Below are positions 44,812 to 54,410 of a DNA stretch of 54,443 nt, in pieces. The stretch comes from a virus. Its lineage: Duplodnaviria; Caudoviricetes. Below the pieces are notes generated by a model that saw only the letters and a program-made list of their open reading frames with translations, had not been told where the DNA came from and searched no databases. How positions within the stretch are numbered: the stretch's first letter is position 1; the number at the start of each line of letters is the position of its first letter. The DNA lies in the IMG/VR virus record IMGVR_UViG_3300032093_000180, positions 1-54,443 of that record; one strand, written 5' to 3'. The position numbers were made by a program, and so were the translations under genes.

Positions 44812-44852
44812 AATATACAGGAAAAAGAAAAGGGGCACAAGGCCCCTTTTCT
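44812..44852 (-). terminator. Intrinsic terminator after capsid gene, with overlapping sigma70-like promoter
   Basis: AAAAGGGGC-cttgt-GCCCCTTTT plus T-tract; TTGTGC-17-TATATT embedded. Confidence 0.8.
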
Positions 44853-44861
44853 AGGTTTTCA

Positions 44862-45773
44862 TCAGGTCGAGCCCGACGAACCCCACATACCCAGCGGGTC
44901 AGACCAGCCGAACGAATAACGCTCGCGGGCCTTGTAACGGACGTTGCCGGTATCAAAGTCACCGTCCATCGAGTTCTGCAACGGAGTACGCACGAAGTGC
45001 TTCATGCCGTTGGGAACGTCCGTGGTCAGGAACCAAGCGTTCGGGTCAGTCAGGAAGTGGTTGACCGTGTAACCCTCAGGGATTGCGCCCATCTGCTTGA
45101 TAGCGTTGATATCGTTATCAGCAGTTGCGACCCGCAGTTCGGTGTCAAGCAGGCGCTTGGCGGTGAACATCAGGGCCGGGGGAACAATCATCTTCTTGGG
45201 TTTGGCAGCGATCAGCAGGCCACGCTCGTCGGTCCAAGCGGCGATCTGAATAACGGCGGCTTCCAGGGAAGTCTCGTTCAGGTCAACTTGGGTGCCGGGA
45301 GTGTTGCTGTTCACACCACCGGAAACCAGCGGGTGATTTGCATTGAACAGGGAGACGCCATCACCACCGGGGTAGGTGTTGGAGAAGCCGTTGTTCAGCA
45401 CAGCAGCAGCCTTGACTTGCTTGGTGTACGCCATAGCGCGGGCCAGAGCCTTGGTGTAACGAGCAGACAGGCTGTCGTACAGGTTGTCTTCAATCGCCTC
45501 TTCGGTGATCGAGAAACCCAGGGCAATGGTTTCGTGCGTATAGCGGGTGCTCCAAGCCTCTTGCGCGTTGTCATAGGCAATCGCACTGCCCTCGTTCTTC
45601 ACCGGAGCGGCGGAGAAGCCAGACAGCTTGGTTTCCTCTTCAAACGAACGCTCGGAAGTCTCGGTTTCGTAGATTTCCTTGTGCTCTTCGCCGTAGCGAG
45701 CGTACTCCATACCGAACAGGGCGTTCAGACCGGGGAGCAGCTCTTTCAGCAGTTGTGCGCGTGAAATAGCCAT
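44862..45773 (-). CDS. Major capsid protein
   Basis: MAISRAQLLKELLPGLNALFG, ALGFSITEEA, YLTD-like FLTDPNAWF, YKARERYSFG; position after scaffold; downstream terminator. Confidence 0.9.
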   Translation of the reverse strand: MAISRAQLLKELLPGLNALFGMEYARYGEEHKEIYETETSERSFEEETKLSGFSAAPVKNEGSAIAYDNAQEAWSTRYTHETIALGFSITEEAIEDNLYDSLSARYTKALARAMAYTKQVKAAAVLNNGFSNTYPGGDGVSLFNANHPLVSGGVNSNTPGTQVDLNETSLEAAVIQIAAWTDERGLLIAAKPKKMIVPPALMFTAKRLLDTELRVATADNDINAIKQMGAIPEGYTVNHFLTDPNAWFLTTDVPNGMKHFVRTPLQNSMDGDFDTGNVRYKARERYSFGWSDPLGMWGSSGST

Positions 45774-45791
45774 GATTAATTACTCCTTCGA

Positions 45792-46484
45792 TTAGACGCC
45801 AACGGGGTTGAGGTACTGATGACCGCCGGTCACAGTGCTGGTGGTGACGAAGGTGCCAGCAGACGGCTCAGTGGTGGCAGAAACCACGTACGGAGCATTC
45901 CACTTGCAAATCACTTCGACAAAGTTACCAGCCGAGTTGGCAGTATCGGGAACCACATCAATGATGCGGATAGGCAACGATGCGGTGCCGGTACTGCCCG
46001 TGGTGTACACCCCAATACGGCTGTCGCCAGTAGAGGTCAAACCAGCGTTCTGAACCAGTTCAGCGTTCGTGCCAATTACGCTGATCCCCAGATAGGTGGG
46101 GGTCAAGCCGTTGCCGCCTTCGGTCTGGCCAGCAACCAGAACGGCCTTGAACAGGACGTCCGGGTCATCCTGCACGTATGCAGTGATGGTGGTGCCGGTC
46201 GGTGCAGCGTACCCGGTGGGGTAGTACTGCGCGAAGATGGTCTGGCCTTGCGCGTTAACGTAAGAACAGCCTTGGAAGATACCAACGGGCGTGGCGGTTG
46301 CCTGCCCCGTATCTTTTTCGAGATAGCCCGTCGAAACAATCTTCACCACATCTCCATAGAAGATGTTACCAGCGAACCCAGCGGGGTCGATCTGATACTG
46401 GCGAGTTTGTCCGGCGAACACCTGACCACCGATCAGATTGATCGGCTTAAGACCGTAAGGACGGTCAATGGTGGGATAAGCCAT
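45792..46484 (-). CDS. Capsid cement/decoration protein candidate
   Basis: PYGLKP, IFYGDVV, GIFQGCSY, DDPDVLF; directly upstream of capsid gene. Confidence 0.7.
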   Translation of the reverse strand: MAYPTIDRPYGLKPINLIGGQVFAGQTRQYQIDPAGFAGNIFYGDVVKIVSTGYLEKDTGQATATPVGIFQGCSYVNAQGQTIFAQYYPTGYAAPTGTTITAYVQDDPDVLFKAVLVAGQTEGGNGLTPTYLGISVIGTNAELVQNAGLTSTGDSRIGVYTTGSTGTASLPIRIIDVVPDTANSAGNFVEVICKWNAPYVVSATTEPSAGTFVTTSTVTGGHQYLNPVGV

Positions 46485-46499
46485 TTAAGACTCCTAAAT

Positions 46500-46982
46500 T
46501 TAAGAACCAGAACCGAAAGTGACCTTGGAGCTTCGTTCAGTGAATTTCTGCATCCGAGGATCATTTTCACGAAGGAAACTGTTGTCCACCGAATCAATCT
46601 GGGCTTTGTTCTGGCGTTCGTAATGTTGCATACGCTGCTCCAGAAACTCAGTTGGAATACGGCAGAGCAACAAACCACCCACTTCGATACCGCCTTTGAA
46701 GCGGCCCTCAGTAGCGGCGTGCATCATGAGTTCAGGATAGTCCTCTGCTTTGCAGGGTTCATATCCCTCTCGCAACTTACTAGAGATATTGCCGGGATCG
46801 GCAGTACCCAAGGTACTCAACCGAATGTACCGATGCTTCCAGCCCGGACGATCATCCGGATGGGGAAGGATTTCCGGGGCACGCCACGCCTGAGGGCGCA
46901 TAGTGGCCGTACGGGTTTCCATTGCACGGGACAAACGATTTTGGCGGGTTTGAGCCGCTGCTTGGTCTTGCTGTTCCATCAT
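46500..46982 (-). CDS. Conserved head-module protein of unknown function
   Basis: RYIRLS, NISSKLREGYEP, IEVGGLLLCRIP. Confidence 0.8.
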   Translation of the reverse strand: MMEQQDQAAAQTRQNRLSRAMETRTATMRPQAWRAPEILPHPDDRPGWKHRYIRLSTLGTADPGNISSKLREGYEPCKAEDYPELMMHAATEGRFKGGIEVGGLLLCRIPTEFLEQRMQHYERQNKAQIDSVDNSFLRENDPRMQKFTERSSKVTFGSGS

Positions 46983-47992
46983 TCACCTCTATTAAGTAAA
47001 GCAACCTGTTTAGCGTACTGTTCCAAAGGAACCCCAAGGCGACGAGCTATGTTCGCTTCGGATGCCTTCAGTCGAACACGACTAGGCGATGAACTGCGGG
47101 AGGCCGGGGCCACCACAGTCGCGGGTTTTGAAGCACGGCGCGGAGGTTCATCATCGTCCTCCTGTACCGGGGCTGACCTTTTTTGCGGAGGCGGGTCATC
47201 TTCCTCTTGGCTCTGAGTTTCAAAGTACTCAGGAAATCTTTTGCGCATAGTACGGTCAACGGTCTTAAAGTACTCTTCCGTACCTACATATTCCACACCA
47301 TACTCCCGCTGCAACTTCTTGTCAATACCCATTGCAGCCATTGTCATTTCTTCATCAGCGCCAAACCAGTCGCTGTTAGCGTCAACCCAACGCTTGGTAC
47401 GGGGGCTGACCTTGGGGGCGGCGGATTCCACTTTCGCGGGTTTGAACTCTTCTTTGTCCTCAAGCTCAATTGGCCTAAGTGTTTCGGCCTTGTCCAACTT
47501 CACAGTGGCTTTGGCAATTGCCTCCTGAGCCGTGACGATTGCGTCAGCATCGCCAGCCTCATACGCCTTGCGGTACTTATCCTTGGCCGACTCAAGTTCT
47601 ACTTGTGCAGCACCTTTGGAGGTCTCAATATACGCCTTGCTCCCGGTGGAAAGCTGCTCCTTCAGGCGTTTGTTCTCTTCATACACCTGTTTGGCAAACT
47701 GCTCCGCAGCCTCACGCTCCCGTAGGGCTTCCTCTTTGGCCCGACGCTCATCGTGGTACCCACGGGTGAACTTCTTGATTCGGGACTGGACTTTCTCGTC
47801 ATAAGACGCCAACTCATCTTCAGTTGGCTCCTCAACGGGCTCTTTCATGGGTTTACGCCCACGGTCAGCCGGAGGAGTATCGTCTTCAATCTCGATCTTC
47901 ATCTCAGACTCATCGGCTTTGTCAGCCTTAAATTTTTTCTTTTGTCCCGCCTCATCGGGGAACTCAAACTCGTCAAATTGTTGCGTTGCCAT
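46979..47992 (-). CDS. Scaffolding protein (putative)
   Basis: Acidic coiled coil; WV..N.WFG; ARRLGVPLEQYAK end; between portal and capsid. Confidence 0.75.
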   Translation of the reverse strand: MATQQFDEFEFPDEAGQKKKFKADKADESEMKIEIEDDTPPADRGRKPMKEPVEEPTEDELASYDEKVQSRIKKFTRGYHDERRAKEEALREREAAEQFAKQVYEENKRLKEQLSTGSKAYIETSKGAAQVELESAKDKYRKAYEAGDADAIVTAQEAIAKATVKLDKAETLRPIELEDKEEFKPAKVESAAPKVSPRTKRWVDANSDWFGADEEMTMAAMGIDKKLQREYGVEYVGTEEYFKTVDRTMRKRFPEYFETQSQEEDDPPPQKRSAPVQEDDDEPPRRASKPATVVAPASRSSSPSRVRLKASEANIARRLGVPLEQYAKQVALLNRGE

Positions 47993-48002
47993 CTGTTACT
48001 CC

Positions 48003-48413
48003 TTACGCAGCGCGGGTAATCCCACGCGGGTCTTCTACAACGGCTTCGACCGACTCATCATTGATGATGCGGAACTCTCGGCCATGAATCTTCAGGCGGG
48101 TGCCTGAATTGGGGCGGACGATGACAAAGTCACCTTCCTTGCACGACGGTCCAGTGGGGAACCGAGTTTTGTCTTTGTAGCAGTCAGGTCCGAGCTTGAC
48201 CACAAACAACACGGGGGTCAGGACCTCCTCGTAGTGCATGGTCTTGGAATCCTTAAGCAGACCAACTTCACTGTCCGCATACTCCTCCATCGCCTCCGGA
48301 ACAACACACAACATGTGATATGTCTTCGGGTCAGGAAGTTGTTTGGCCTTCTCCTCTGCACTCTTATTCAGAATACCGGAGAGGTCTACGGCAGCCACAT
48401 CAAATTCACTCAT
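48003..48413 (-). CDS. groES: Co-chaperonin GroES-like protein
   Basis: P...HMLCV, GLL, VVKLGPDCY, KEGDFV, GTRLKIHGREFRIINDESVEAVV. Confidence 0.88.
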   Translation of the reverse strand: MSEFDVAAVDLSGILNKSAEEKAKQLPDPKTYHMLCVVPEAMEEYADSEVGLLKDSKTMHYEEVLTPVLFVVKLGPDCYKDKTRFPTGPSCKEGDFVIVRPNSGTRLKIHGREFRIINDESVEAVVEDPRGITRAA

Positions 48414-48600
48414 TCGTCATCCTTTGCACGAGGTCCTCAATCACATGATCTGCGTAGTTAAGACCCCGGATCACTCCACAGACTTTTTTGTACTCGTCGT
48501 ACGTGTCGGCACGGCTGGCTGCAAGAAAGGCAACTTGCTCCTGCCGGTACTTATCAATTTCTTTCTGCACGAGCGCAAGCGCTCGGATTTCATCCTGCAT
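48406..48600 (-). CDS. Small conserved head-module protein
   Basis: YDEYKKVCGVIRGL pattern; AGGAG RBS. Confidence 0.75.
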   Translation of the reverse strand: MQDEIRALALVQKEIDKYRQEQVAFLAASRADTYDEYKKVCGVIRGLNYADHVIEDLVQRMTNE

Positions 48601-51071
48601 TACTGTTTACTCCTCTCGGGTTGGCGTTGCGGGCGACTCATCTGTGCTCGATCTTTGGCAATCTGGACACCGAGTTTGGCCCCTTCAAGCTCGATATTCT
48701 TATTGAGCTTGTCTTTTGCGGCGGCTGCATTGGCAGCAACCTGCATGGCTGCGATCTCTTTCTGCGCCTCAATACGGGCTTTCTCAATCTCAATCTGATC
48801 GGCCTTGGCTGCGGCATCGGTAGCCTGCTTCTGCGCTTTGAGTTCAAGGTCCTTCATCTTCAACTGCAACTCCTGCATCTGCATCTGGACCACCGGGTCC
48901 TGCATCTGCTGTTGGGCTGCGGCCTGCTGGGCCTCCTGCTGATCACGCTGGAGCAACTGCTGTGACGCTTGCGCTGCTTTGATGGCAATCTGATCGGCCA
49001 TCTCCGGGGGCACCTGCTTATTGGCCTCCTCACCGGGCAGCACCATACCCATCGCCTCTTCAATCTGGCGGCGGTACTCCATCGCAACGTGCTCATTGAT
49101 GTGCGCCATCGTGGCAGCGTAAATCTGCTGCGCCATCGGGTTGCCCTGGATGATCTGCTGAATCTTGGGGTTCTGCACCGCAGCCATGTGGACCTGAATG
49201 TGCGCCTGATGGTTCTGCTCAATGAACGCCTTGACCGGCTTGTTGGTCAGCAGGTTCTGGTTCTCAGTGATGGGGTCCGTCGGCACCAAGTCATCTTCAA
49301 TAGGCACGAGCTTGGCTGCGTTCTTGATACCGAGTACCTCAATCATCTGGCGATGGAGCAGCGGCATGTTGTAAAGCTGCGGCGAACCCTGCGCAAGCTG
49401 GAAAACCGCTTGATACTGCACGATCTTCTGGGCCATCGTGGCGGCGTTGGGGTCGCTCACCGGGATGACATCGACCATGTCGTAGTCGGACTTCTTGGCC
49501 TTGCGGGAGCCATCGACCGGCTCGTAGTCATACTCCTCGGGCGTATAGTCCGCGATGATCACCTTGAGGAGCTTGAACTCCTGCTTCATCGAGAAGTGCA
49601 TCCGCGCCTGAACCGCGCCCATCACCTTCAACTGCCGCTCCAACAGGGCCAGAGTCGTACCAACGGGGGCGTTGGCCGACATGTCACTGACGCTCATGTC
49701 ACCAGCGGAGGCAAACTGACGGCCCTCCGTCACGATCTGATTGAACAGCGTATAGAGAACCTGAGACGGCTCTTTGTACGGCAGCGGCAGGATGTTGTCG
49801 CGGATGGAGCCCGAGGGCACATCTACGTCTCGGAACTCTCCCGGCGCGATGGGAGTGTCATCACCTTTAACGCGAAGCCCCCGTGACTTAAGTCCTCCGG
49901 GGAGATTTGAGAGAGTGCCCGCATCAACCAGTTGACGGATGAGCATGGTAGCGGACTTAGCGTAACCTCCAATGAGATGGATAAGCCCGTATCCGTAGAA
50001 CCCGAAGCCGGGGATGTATTGGTAGTGGACGAAGTGCTGCCGTTTGAGGTGGAGTTGGTCATCTTCATACCAGTTGCGCCGGATGGCCAGAACCTTGTTG
50101 CTGCCCTTCTCAATGGTAACCACATACGGCAGCGCAATCCCAGTAGGCTCGCCCTTTTTGTTCTTGTCCTCAAACCCGGACAGATCAAGGTCAACGTGCA
50201 TCTCCAGCATGCGGAACCGATCATCCTGTATCGCAGACATGCCGGTCTCCTCGGCCTTCTGCTTCTCGATGTCATCAAGCTGGTAGGACGGCTCCCCCAA
50301 GTCCACATCAGCGTAGAACCCAGCCTCCATCAGCTTGGTGATCTCGTTCTTGGTCTTGCGCATCACGTGCGTGACCCGCTCGGCCTTCTCAATACTCGAC
50401 GCGCCGTAGGGCACCACGATGTCTTCTGCGGGAATAAACACCGCTGCCTGACGCCCGATGCTTGGGTCGTAGTACACCTTCTTGAACGCACTACCAGCGA
50501 TGGGCAGGTTCCACAGCAACTTCTCGTGCTCTGGGCGGTACTCAGCCATCACTTCAGTCAACTGATAGTTCATGTCATCGCGCACCCGCGCTGCCGCCTC
50601 CTCCACCTCAGGAGTGTCTTTACCAATGATGGTGGTCTTGACAGGACCTGCGGCGGGGAACGTCTCCGTAATCCCCTCACTCTGGAACCGCACCACACTC
50701 TCGGTCAGCATGGGGTGGAACACACCACACGCCCCGTTCCACGGCTCGGTACGCTCTTCGTACTTCAGACCCAGTAGCTTGAGCCCCTCAACGAAGGTCT
50801 GCATCCAGTCCCTGCGGTCCTGAATATCCTTATCAAAGGCTTCTACAAGCTCCGCGCCCAGCGAGTCCAACTCACTGGCGTCCATGTATTCCGCGAGGTT
50901 GGCGTCAAAATCTTCCGCCGTTTCTTTGCGCGGTATGAGGTCAATCTCAATGTCACCAAGTCCAAGCGTTACGCTCTCAGGGTCCTCGATCTCAATCTCA
51001 AGCATCGGCCCATCTGTGGGGATGTCCATCAACCCTGCGGGTGCCGCGTACAAACCTTTGTCAATCGCCAT
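48600..51071 (-). CDS. Portal protein
   Basis: Follows TerL; HPML.ES.V.FQ, GSAFKKVYYD, GFYGYGL, DAGTLSN; Gln-rich C-terminal barrel region. Confidence 0.92.
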   Translation of the reverse strand: MAIDKGLYAAPAGLMDIPTDGPMLEIEIEDPESVTLGLGDIEIDLIPRKETAEDFDANLAEYMDASELDSLGAELVEAFDKDIQDRRDWMQTFVEGLKLLGLKYEERTEPWNGACGVFHPMLTESVVRFQSEGITETFPAAGPVKTTIIGKDTPEVEEAAARVRDDMNYQLTEVMAEYRPEHEKLLWNLPIAGSAFKKVYYDPSIGRQAAVFIPAEDIVVPYGASSIEKAERVTHVMRKTKNEITKLMEAGFYADVDLGEPSYQLDDIEKQKAEETGMSAIQDDRFRMLEMHVDLDLSGFEDKNKKGEPTGIALPYVVTIEKGSNKVLAIRRNWYEDDQLHLKRQHFVHYQYIPGFGFYGYGLIHLIGGYAKSATMLIRQLVDAGTLSNLPGGLKSRGLRVKGDDTPIAPGEFRDVDVPSGSIRDNILPLPYKEPSQVLYTLFNQIVTEGRQFASAGDMSVSDMSANAPVGTTLALLERQLKVMGAVQARMHFSMKQEFKLLKVIIADYTPEEYDYEPVDGSRKAKKSDYDMVDVIPVSDPNAATMAQKIVQYQAVFQLAQGSPQLYNMPLLHRQMIEVLGIKNAAKLVPIEDDLVPTDPITENQNLLTNKPVKAFIEQNHQAHIQVHMAAVQNPKIQQIIQGNPMAQQIYAATMAHINEHVAMEYRRQIEEAMGMVLPGEEANKQVPPEMADQIAIKAAQASQQLLQRDQQEAQQAAAQQQMQDPVVQMQMQELQLKMKDLELKAQKQATDAAAKADQIEIEKARIEAQKEIAAMQVAANAAAAKDKLNKNIELEGAKLGVQIAKDRAQMSRPQRQPERSKQ

Positions 51072-51080
51072 GATGTGTCC

Positions 51081-52658
51081 TTACACTGTGTAGTACCGAT
51101 CACGGCGGTACCCTTTGAACCACTTGATATCTTCAGGCTCGTCCGTTGGTAATCTGAGATACCCACCCTGCCTGAACCGCATGAGCGCGAGTGTGGCCGA
51201 GTCCACCAAGTCGTCGTGCTCACCTGACGGGAACGCCGCAATCTCATCGACCAACTCCTCGGCCCAACGAGTGCGCGGTGCCCACACTTTACCTGATGCA
51301 AACAAATCCGCAACTGAGTTAAGCCGCGATATCTTGTCCTGCCCTCTGCTGGGCGTGTACTCCTGAACGGGAATCCCCATCGCCCGAAACTCCTGCACAA
51401 GCGGAGCACCTGCGGCCTTCTTCTCCACGAGGAACGAATCTGGCTCCCACTCCTGCCAGTGCTCAAACGCTCTCTTCTTGAGTTCAGGAAACTCAAGCCG
51501 CTCCTTGTACGAGTTCAGCAGGATGATGTTGGCGTTGCCCCTGTCCTCGTCGCTGTAGAACACACCCCATGTCGAACACGCAGAGTAGTCGTTGACCTTC
51601 TTGACCTCGTGGGCCGTGTCCCATGCCTGAATGACAAACTCACACTGCGGAGGGCGTTCTGCCTCCCACCAGCGCCACCACTCCCGCTTGACGATGGCGT
51701 TTGTGTCCGAGGTAGGCTGCTGCTGGTACTGCGCCATCCATTTGCCGGTGGGCAACTCCTCACGCAGGGCCAACAACTCTTTGAGGCTCCAGAACTCAGG
51801 CCACAGCGGCTTGTTGTCGTCAAACAGAGCCGGAAATTCGATGACTTTCCACTCCTCACCACCCCTCTGAGCGGCTGCCTTGAGCACCTGAGCGGTCAAA
51901 TCACGCAGTGACCACCGAGTCATCACGATCACGATGGCTCCACCCGGCTGAAGACGCTGCCGGGGACCGGATGTGTACCACTCATACACCTTGTCGTACA
52001 CCTCTGGGTTGTACGCGCCGATGGAAGCCTCTTGTTCTGAGTGCGGATCGTCGATGATGAGCAAGTCCGCGCCTTTTCCGGTCACTGCGCCGCCCACACC
52101 GATGGCGAAATAGTCACCACCGAAGTTGGTGTTCCACCTTCCTGCCGCTGCGGAGTCCGTTTGCAGCCCCACATGGGGAAAAATCCGTGCATATGCCTCA
52201 GAATCGACCAGATTTCGCACTTTTCGACCGAAACCCACCGCCAACTCGGCTGTATGGCTGGTCTGAATGACCTTTTTGTGCGGAAATTTGCCCAAAAACC
52301 ACGCCGGGAGCAGATATGAGGCAAATTCTGACTTGGTATGCCGGGGTGGCATGTTGATGATCAGGCGTTTGACCTCTCCACTGGCCACTTCTTCAAACGC
52401 TTTAGCCATTCTGGCATGGTGCCGACCCCCAATGAACGTCGGCCAAGCCTCTTTTACGAAGGCCATGAAGTCTTCTTGAGCCGTTTCACGCATTGTGCGG
52501 GTGCGTAGCTCCTCCAAAATCTCCGAAACTGCCTCCTGCTCGTCCCTTGGGAAGCGTTTGACCAGCGCCAACAACTGCTCCGGAGTGAGCAACCGCACTC
52601 TTTCCCGCATCTGCGGGTTTTCAAACAACTGCTTGAGTGAATCAGATGCTGGCTTCAT
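51081..52658 (-). CDS. terL: Terminase large subunit
   Basis: NMPPRHTKS, TGKGADLLIIDDP, VMTRW, QYQQ.P, QAWDTA, DYSA, VEKKAAG, HDDLVDS; start uncertain. Confidence 0.96.
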   Translation of the reverse strand: MKPASDSLKQLFENPQMRERVRLLTPEQLLALVKRFPRDEQEAVSEILEELRTRTMRETAQEDFMAFVKEAWPTFIGGRHHARMAKAFEEVASGEVKRLIINMPPRHTKSEFASYLLPAWFLGKFPHKKVIQTSHTAELAVGFGRKVRNLVDSEAYARIFPHVGLQTDSAAAGRWNTNFGGDYFAIGVGGAVTGKGADLLIIDDPHSEQEASIGAYNPEVYDKVYEWYTSGPRQRLQPGGAIVIVMTRWSLRDLTAQVLKAAAQRGGEEWKVIEFPALFDDNKPLWPEFWSLKELLALREELPTGKWMAQYQQQPTSDTNAIVKREWWRWWEAERPPQCEFVIQAWDTAHEVKKVNDYSACSTWGVFYSDEDRGNANIILLNSYKERLEFPELKKRAFEHWQEWEPDSFLVEKKAAGAPLVQEFRAMGIPVQEYTPSRGQDKISRLNSVADLFASGKVWAPRTRWAEELVDEIAAFPSGEHDDLVDSATLALMRFRQGGYLRLPTDEPEDIKWFKGYRRDRYYTV

Positions 52659-53292
52659 CCCCATCCTCATCAAGCTCCCCACCTACAAGCCCCAACTCCT
52701 CGTCCACATTGATCACCTGCACCGCTGGTGCTGCTGGCAGTGGGTCGTAGTTAAGAGAGACCGCCTCCTTGGCGTCCACATCAATGATGTCAGACAGGTA
52801 TGAAGAGAGCTTACTGGCCAGATCAGCCTCCAACTCCTCCGTGGTGCGGTGTGTGACGTTGATGTCGATGCGCTCTGTGAAGGCACCCACATCCGAGAGC
52901 TTGCCCAGCATCTCCAGTGCCTTGAGTTCGATCTTGGCATTGCCACTATTGGAGAGTTCCAAGTACTTGAGCTTGATGTAATTGCGTAGCTGCTGTGCGT
53001 TGCGCACCACATCAAAGTCGTACTCGTTGAGCAGAGCAGAAAGAATGAGGGCTTTGGCAGGTGTGTTGATTGCCTGCGGAGGCACGGCAGGGCTGTCCAT
53101 GAATACAGCCCGGGCATCTTTGCGGTCAGCTTCTGTGACCTCTACATCATCGAGCCCGTTCGCCCGCAAAAACTCGACGGTATTGAACGCACGTTGCGCA
53201 CGTTCACGGATGTCCATGATTTCATCTGCCGACCAATCAAACGGTGGTGGCACATCCAACTCTGGCGTAACGAGGATCATTTCATCAGTCAT
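52642..53292 (-). CDS. Putative terminase small subunit
   Basis: Directly upstream of TerL; KALEMLGK...GAFTERIDI pattern. Confidence 0.65.
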   Translation of the reverse strand: MTDEMILVTPELDVPPPFDWSADEIMDIRERAQRAFNTVEFLRANGLDDVEVTEADRKDARAVFMDSPAVPPQAINTPAKALILSALLNEYDFDVVRNAQQLRNYIKLKYLELSNSGNAKIELKALEMLGKLSDVGAFTERIDINVTHRTTEELEADLASKLSSYLSDIIDVDAKEAVSLNYDPLPAAPAVQVINVDEELGLVGGELDEDGDEASI

Positions 53293-53319
53293 AGCACCGC
53301 TGGATACGGGAATATGCGG

Positions 53320-53348
53320 AATGTAACACAAGGAGGTTGGGACTCCAA
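53320..53348 (-). promoter_or_regulatory. Candidate late-operon promoter
   Basis: TTGGAG, 17 bp, TACATT with extended TG, upstream of TerS. Confidence 0.5.
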
Positions 53349-53640
53349 TAGGGGGGGTGTTTCTGGATGGAAATCTACGTGAGTAGTACAGGATAAATAA
53401 AGGGGGTACCCCCCATAAGATGTTTTTACGTAAACTTTTGTAGGTTTTGGTGGCAACGGTGGCTTATAGCTCCGTAACAACGTAAGATGTTTTGGTATGT
53501 GTTATCTACACCGTTAGAAGCTCGCTTTGTGTAGGTGAAGCAAGTGAGTCTTTGGAGTGGGGATGGGATGTGCAGAATAGAGTAGCACAAGCCACTGATG
53601 GTACCTAACCCATAAAGCGGGGGGTGGGGAGGGCTTACCC

Positions 53641-53657
53641 TTTCGTACGGTACGAAA
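53641..53657. repeat. Palindromic operator-like site, copy 1
   Basis: TTTCGTAC-G-GTACGAAA. Confidence 0.75.
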
Positions 53658-53669
53658 CAATGCTATCCC

Positions 53670-53698
53670 GTGCAAAGATGTTATAGATAGGGCATAAT
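53670..53698 (+). promoter_or_regulatory. Candidate early promoter
   Basis: GTGCAA, 17 bp, CATAAT, upstream of the ORF at 53768. Confidence 0.45.
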
Positions 53699-53767
53699 CC
53701 ATCTCATGGATCGGGACTAGTGCAATCGGTTCATATTCCATTAACGCACTACTGAAAGGGTTCTATC

Positions 53768-54283
53768 ATGTCCAAACAAATTGATCTGTCTCAAATTGCC
53801 AATGCTGTCGGTGTTGCATTGGGTGGTCTCAAGAAAGCAGAGACCACAGCGGGTTTGCTGAAAGAGACAATGAATAAATACATTGCCCAACTGCACAGCG
53901 CCAAGGCCAAGGTCGGCATGTACAAGAAAGATAAAACGGGATGCGCGATTGCAACATCGTTTGTTGACGGTTGCATCGAGGGCGGTCTGTCTCACGACAC
54001 GGCACATAAAACGTATCTGCCAACCTTCAAGAAAGCGGTTGCAGACGGCAAGCCGATTGGCGATTGGAACGGTCAGCGATCCAAGGGCAATAGCAAAGCA
54101 AAAGGCAAAGGCAAGTCTGAATTGTCCGAATTACTGGTAAAGGCATTTAACCATGATGAGGGCAAATCATTCGAAGCACTTTGCCAGAGTGTCGAAAAGG
54201 GGTTCTATGCCGATGCGACATTCAAGACTATCTATGCAGGGTTTGTAGACTATCTGCAATCCGAAGGGTATGAAATCAAGTAA
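53768..54283 (+). CDS. Hypothetical early protein
   Basis: GAAAGG RBS, 171 aa ORF followed by terminator. Confidence 0.8.
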   Translation: MSKQIDLSQIANAVGVALGGLKKAETTAGLLKETMNKYIAQLHSAKAKVGMYKKDKTGCAIATSFVDGCIEGGLSHDTAHKTYLPTFKKAVADGKPIGDWNGQRSKGNSKAKGKGKSELSELLVKAFNHDEGKSFEALCQSVEKGFYADATFKTIYAGFVDYLQSEGYEIK

Positions 54284-54297
54284 TACCTAAGACCTCT

Positions 54298-54326
54298 AAG
54301 CCCCGCTTCGGCGGGGCTTTTTTTTT
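54298..54326 (+). terminator. Rho-independent terminator
   Basis: AAGCCCCGC-TTCG-GCGGGGCTT followed by a T run. Confidence 0.92.
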
Positions 54327-54391
54327 GCCCAAAATTTTTGATACCAGTTCCCTCCCCGTTGGCCGTGCTGTGTGGGCCGCAATACGTAGTA

Positions 54392-54410
54392 GTTTCGTAC
54401 CGTACGAAAC
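54392..54410. repeat. Palindromic operator-like site, copy 2
   Basis: GTTTCGTAC-C-GTACGAAAC. Confidence 0.75.

Noticed and set aside
45819-47216. 465-aa plus-strand ORF
   Set aside because: Antisense to three well-supported head genes; expected from codon bias
53289-53741. Short minus-strand ORFs in the divergent gap
   Set aside because: No RBS, atypical composition, overlap with promoter and G-run elements
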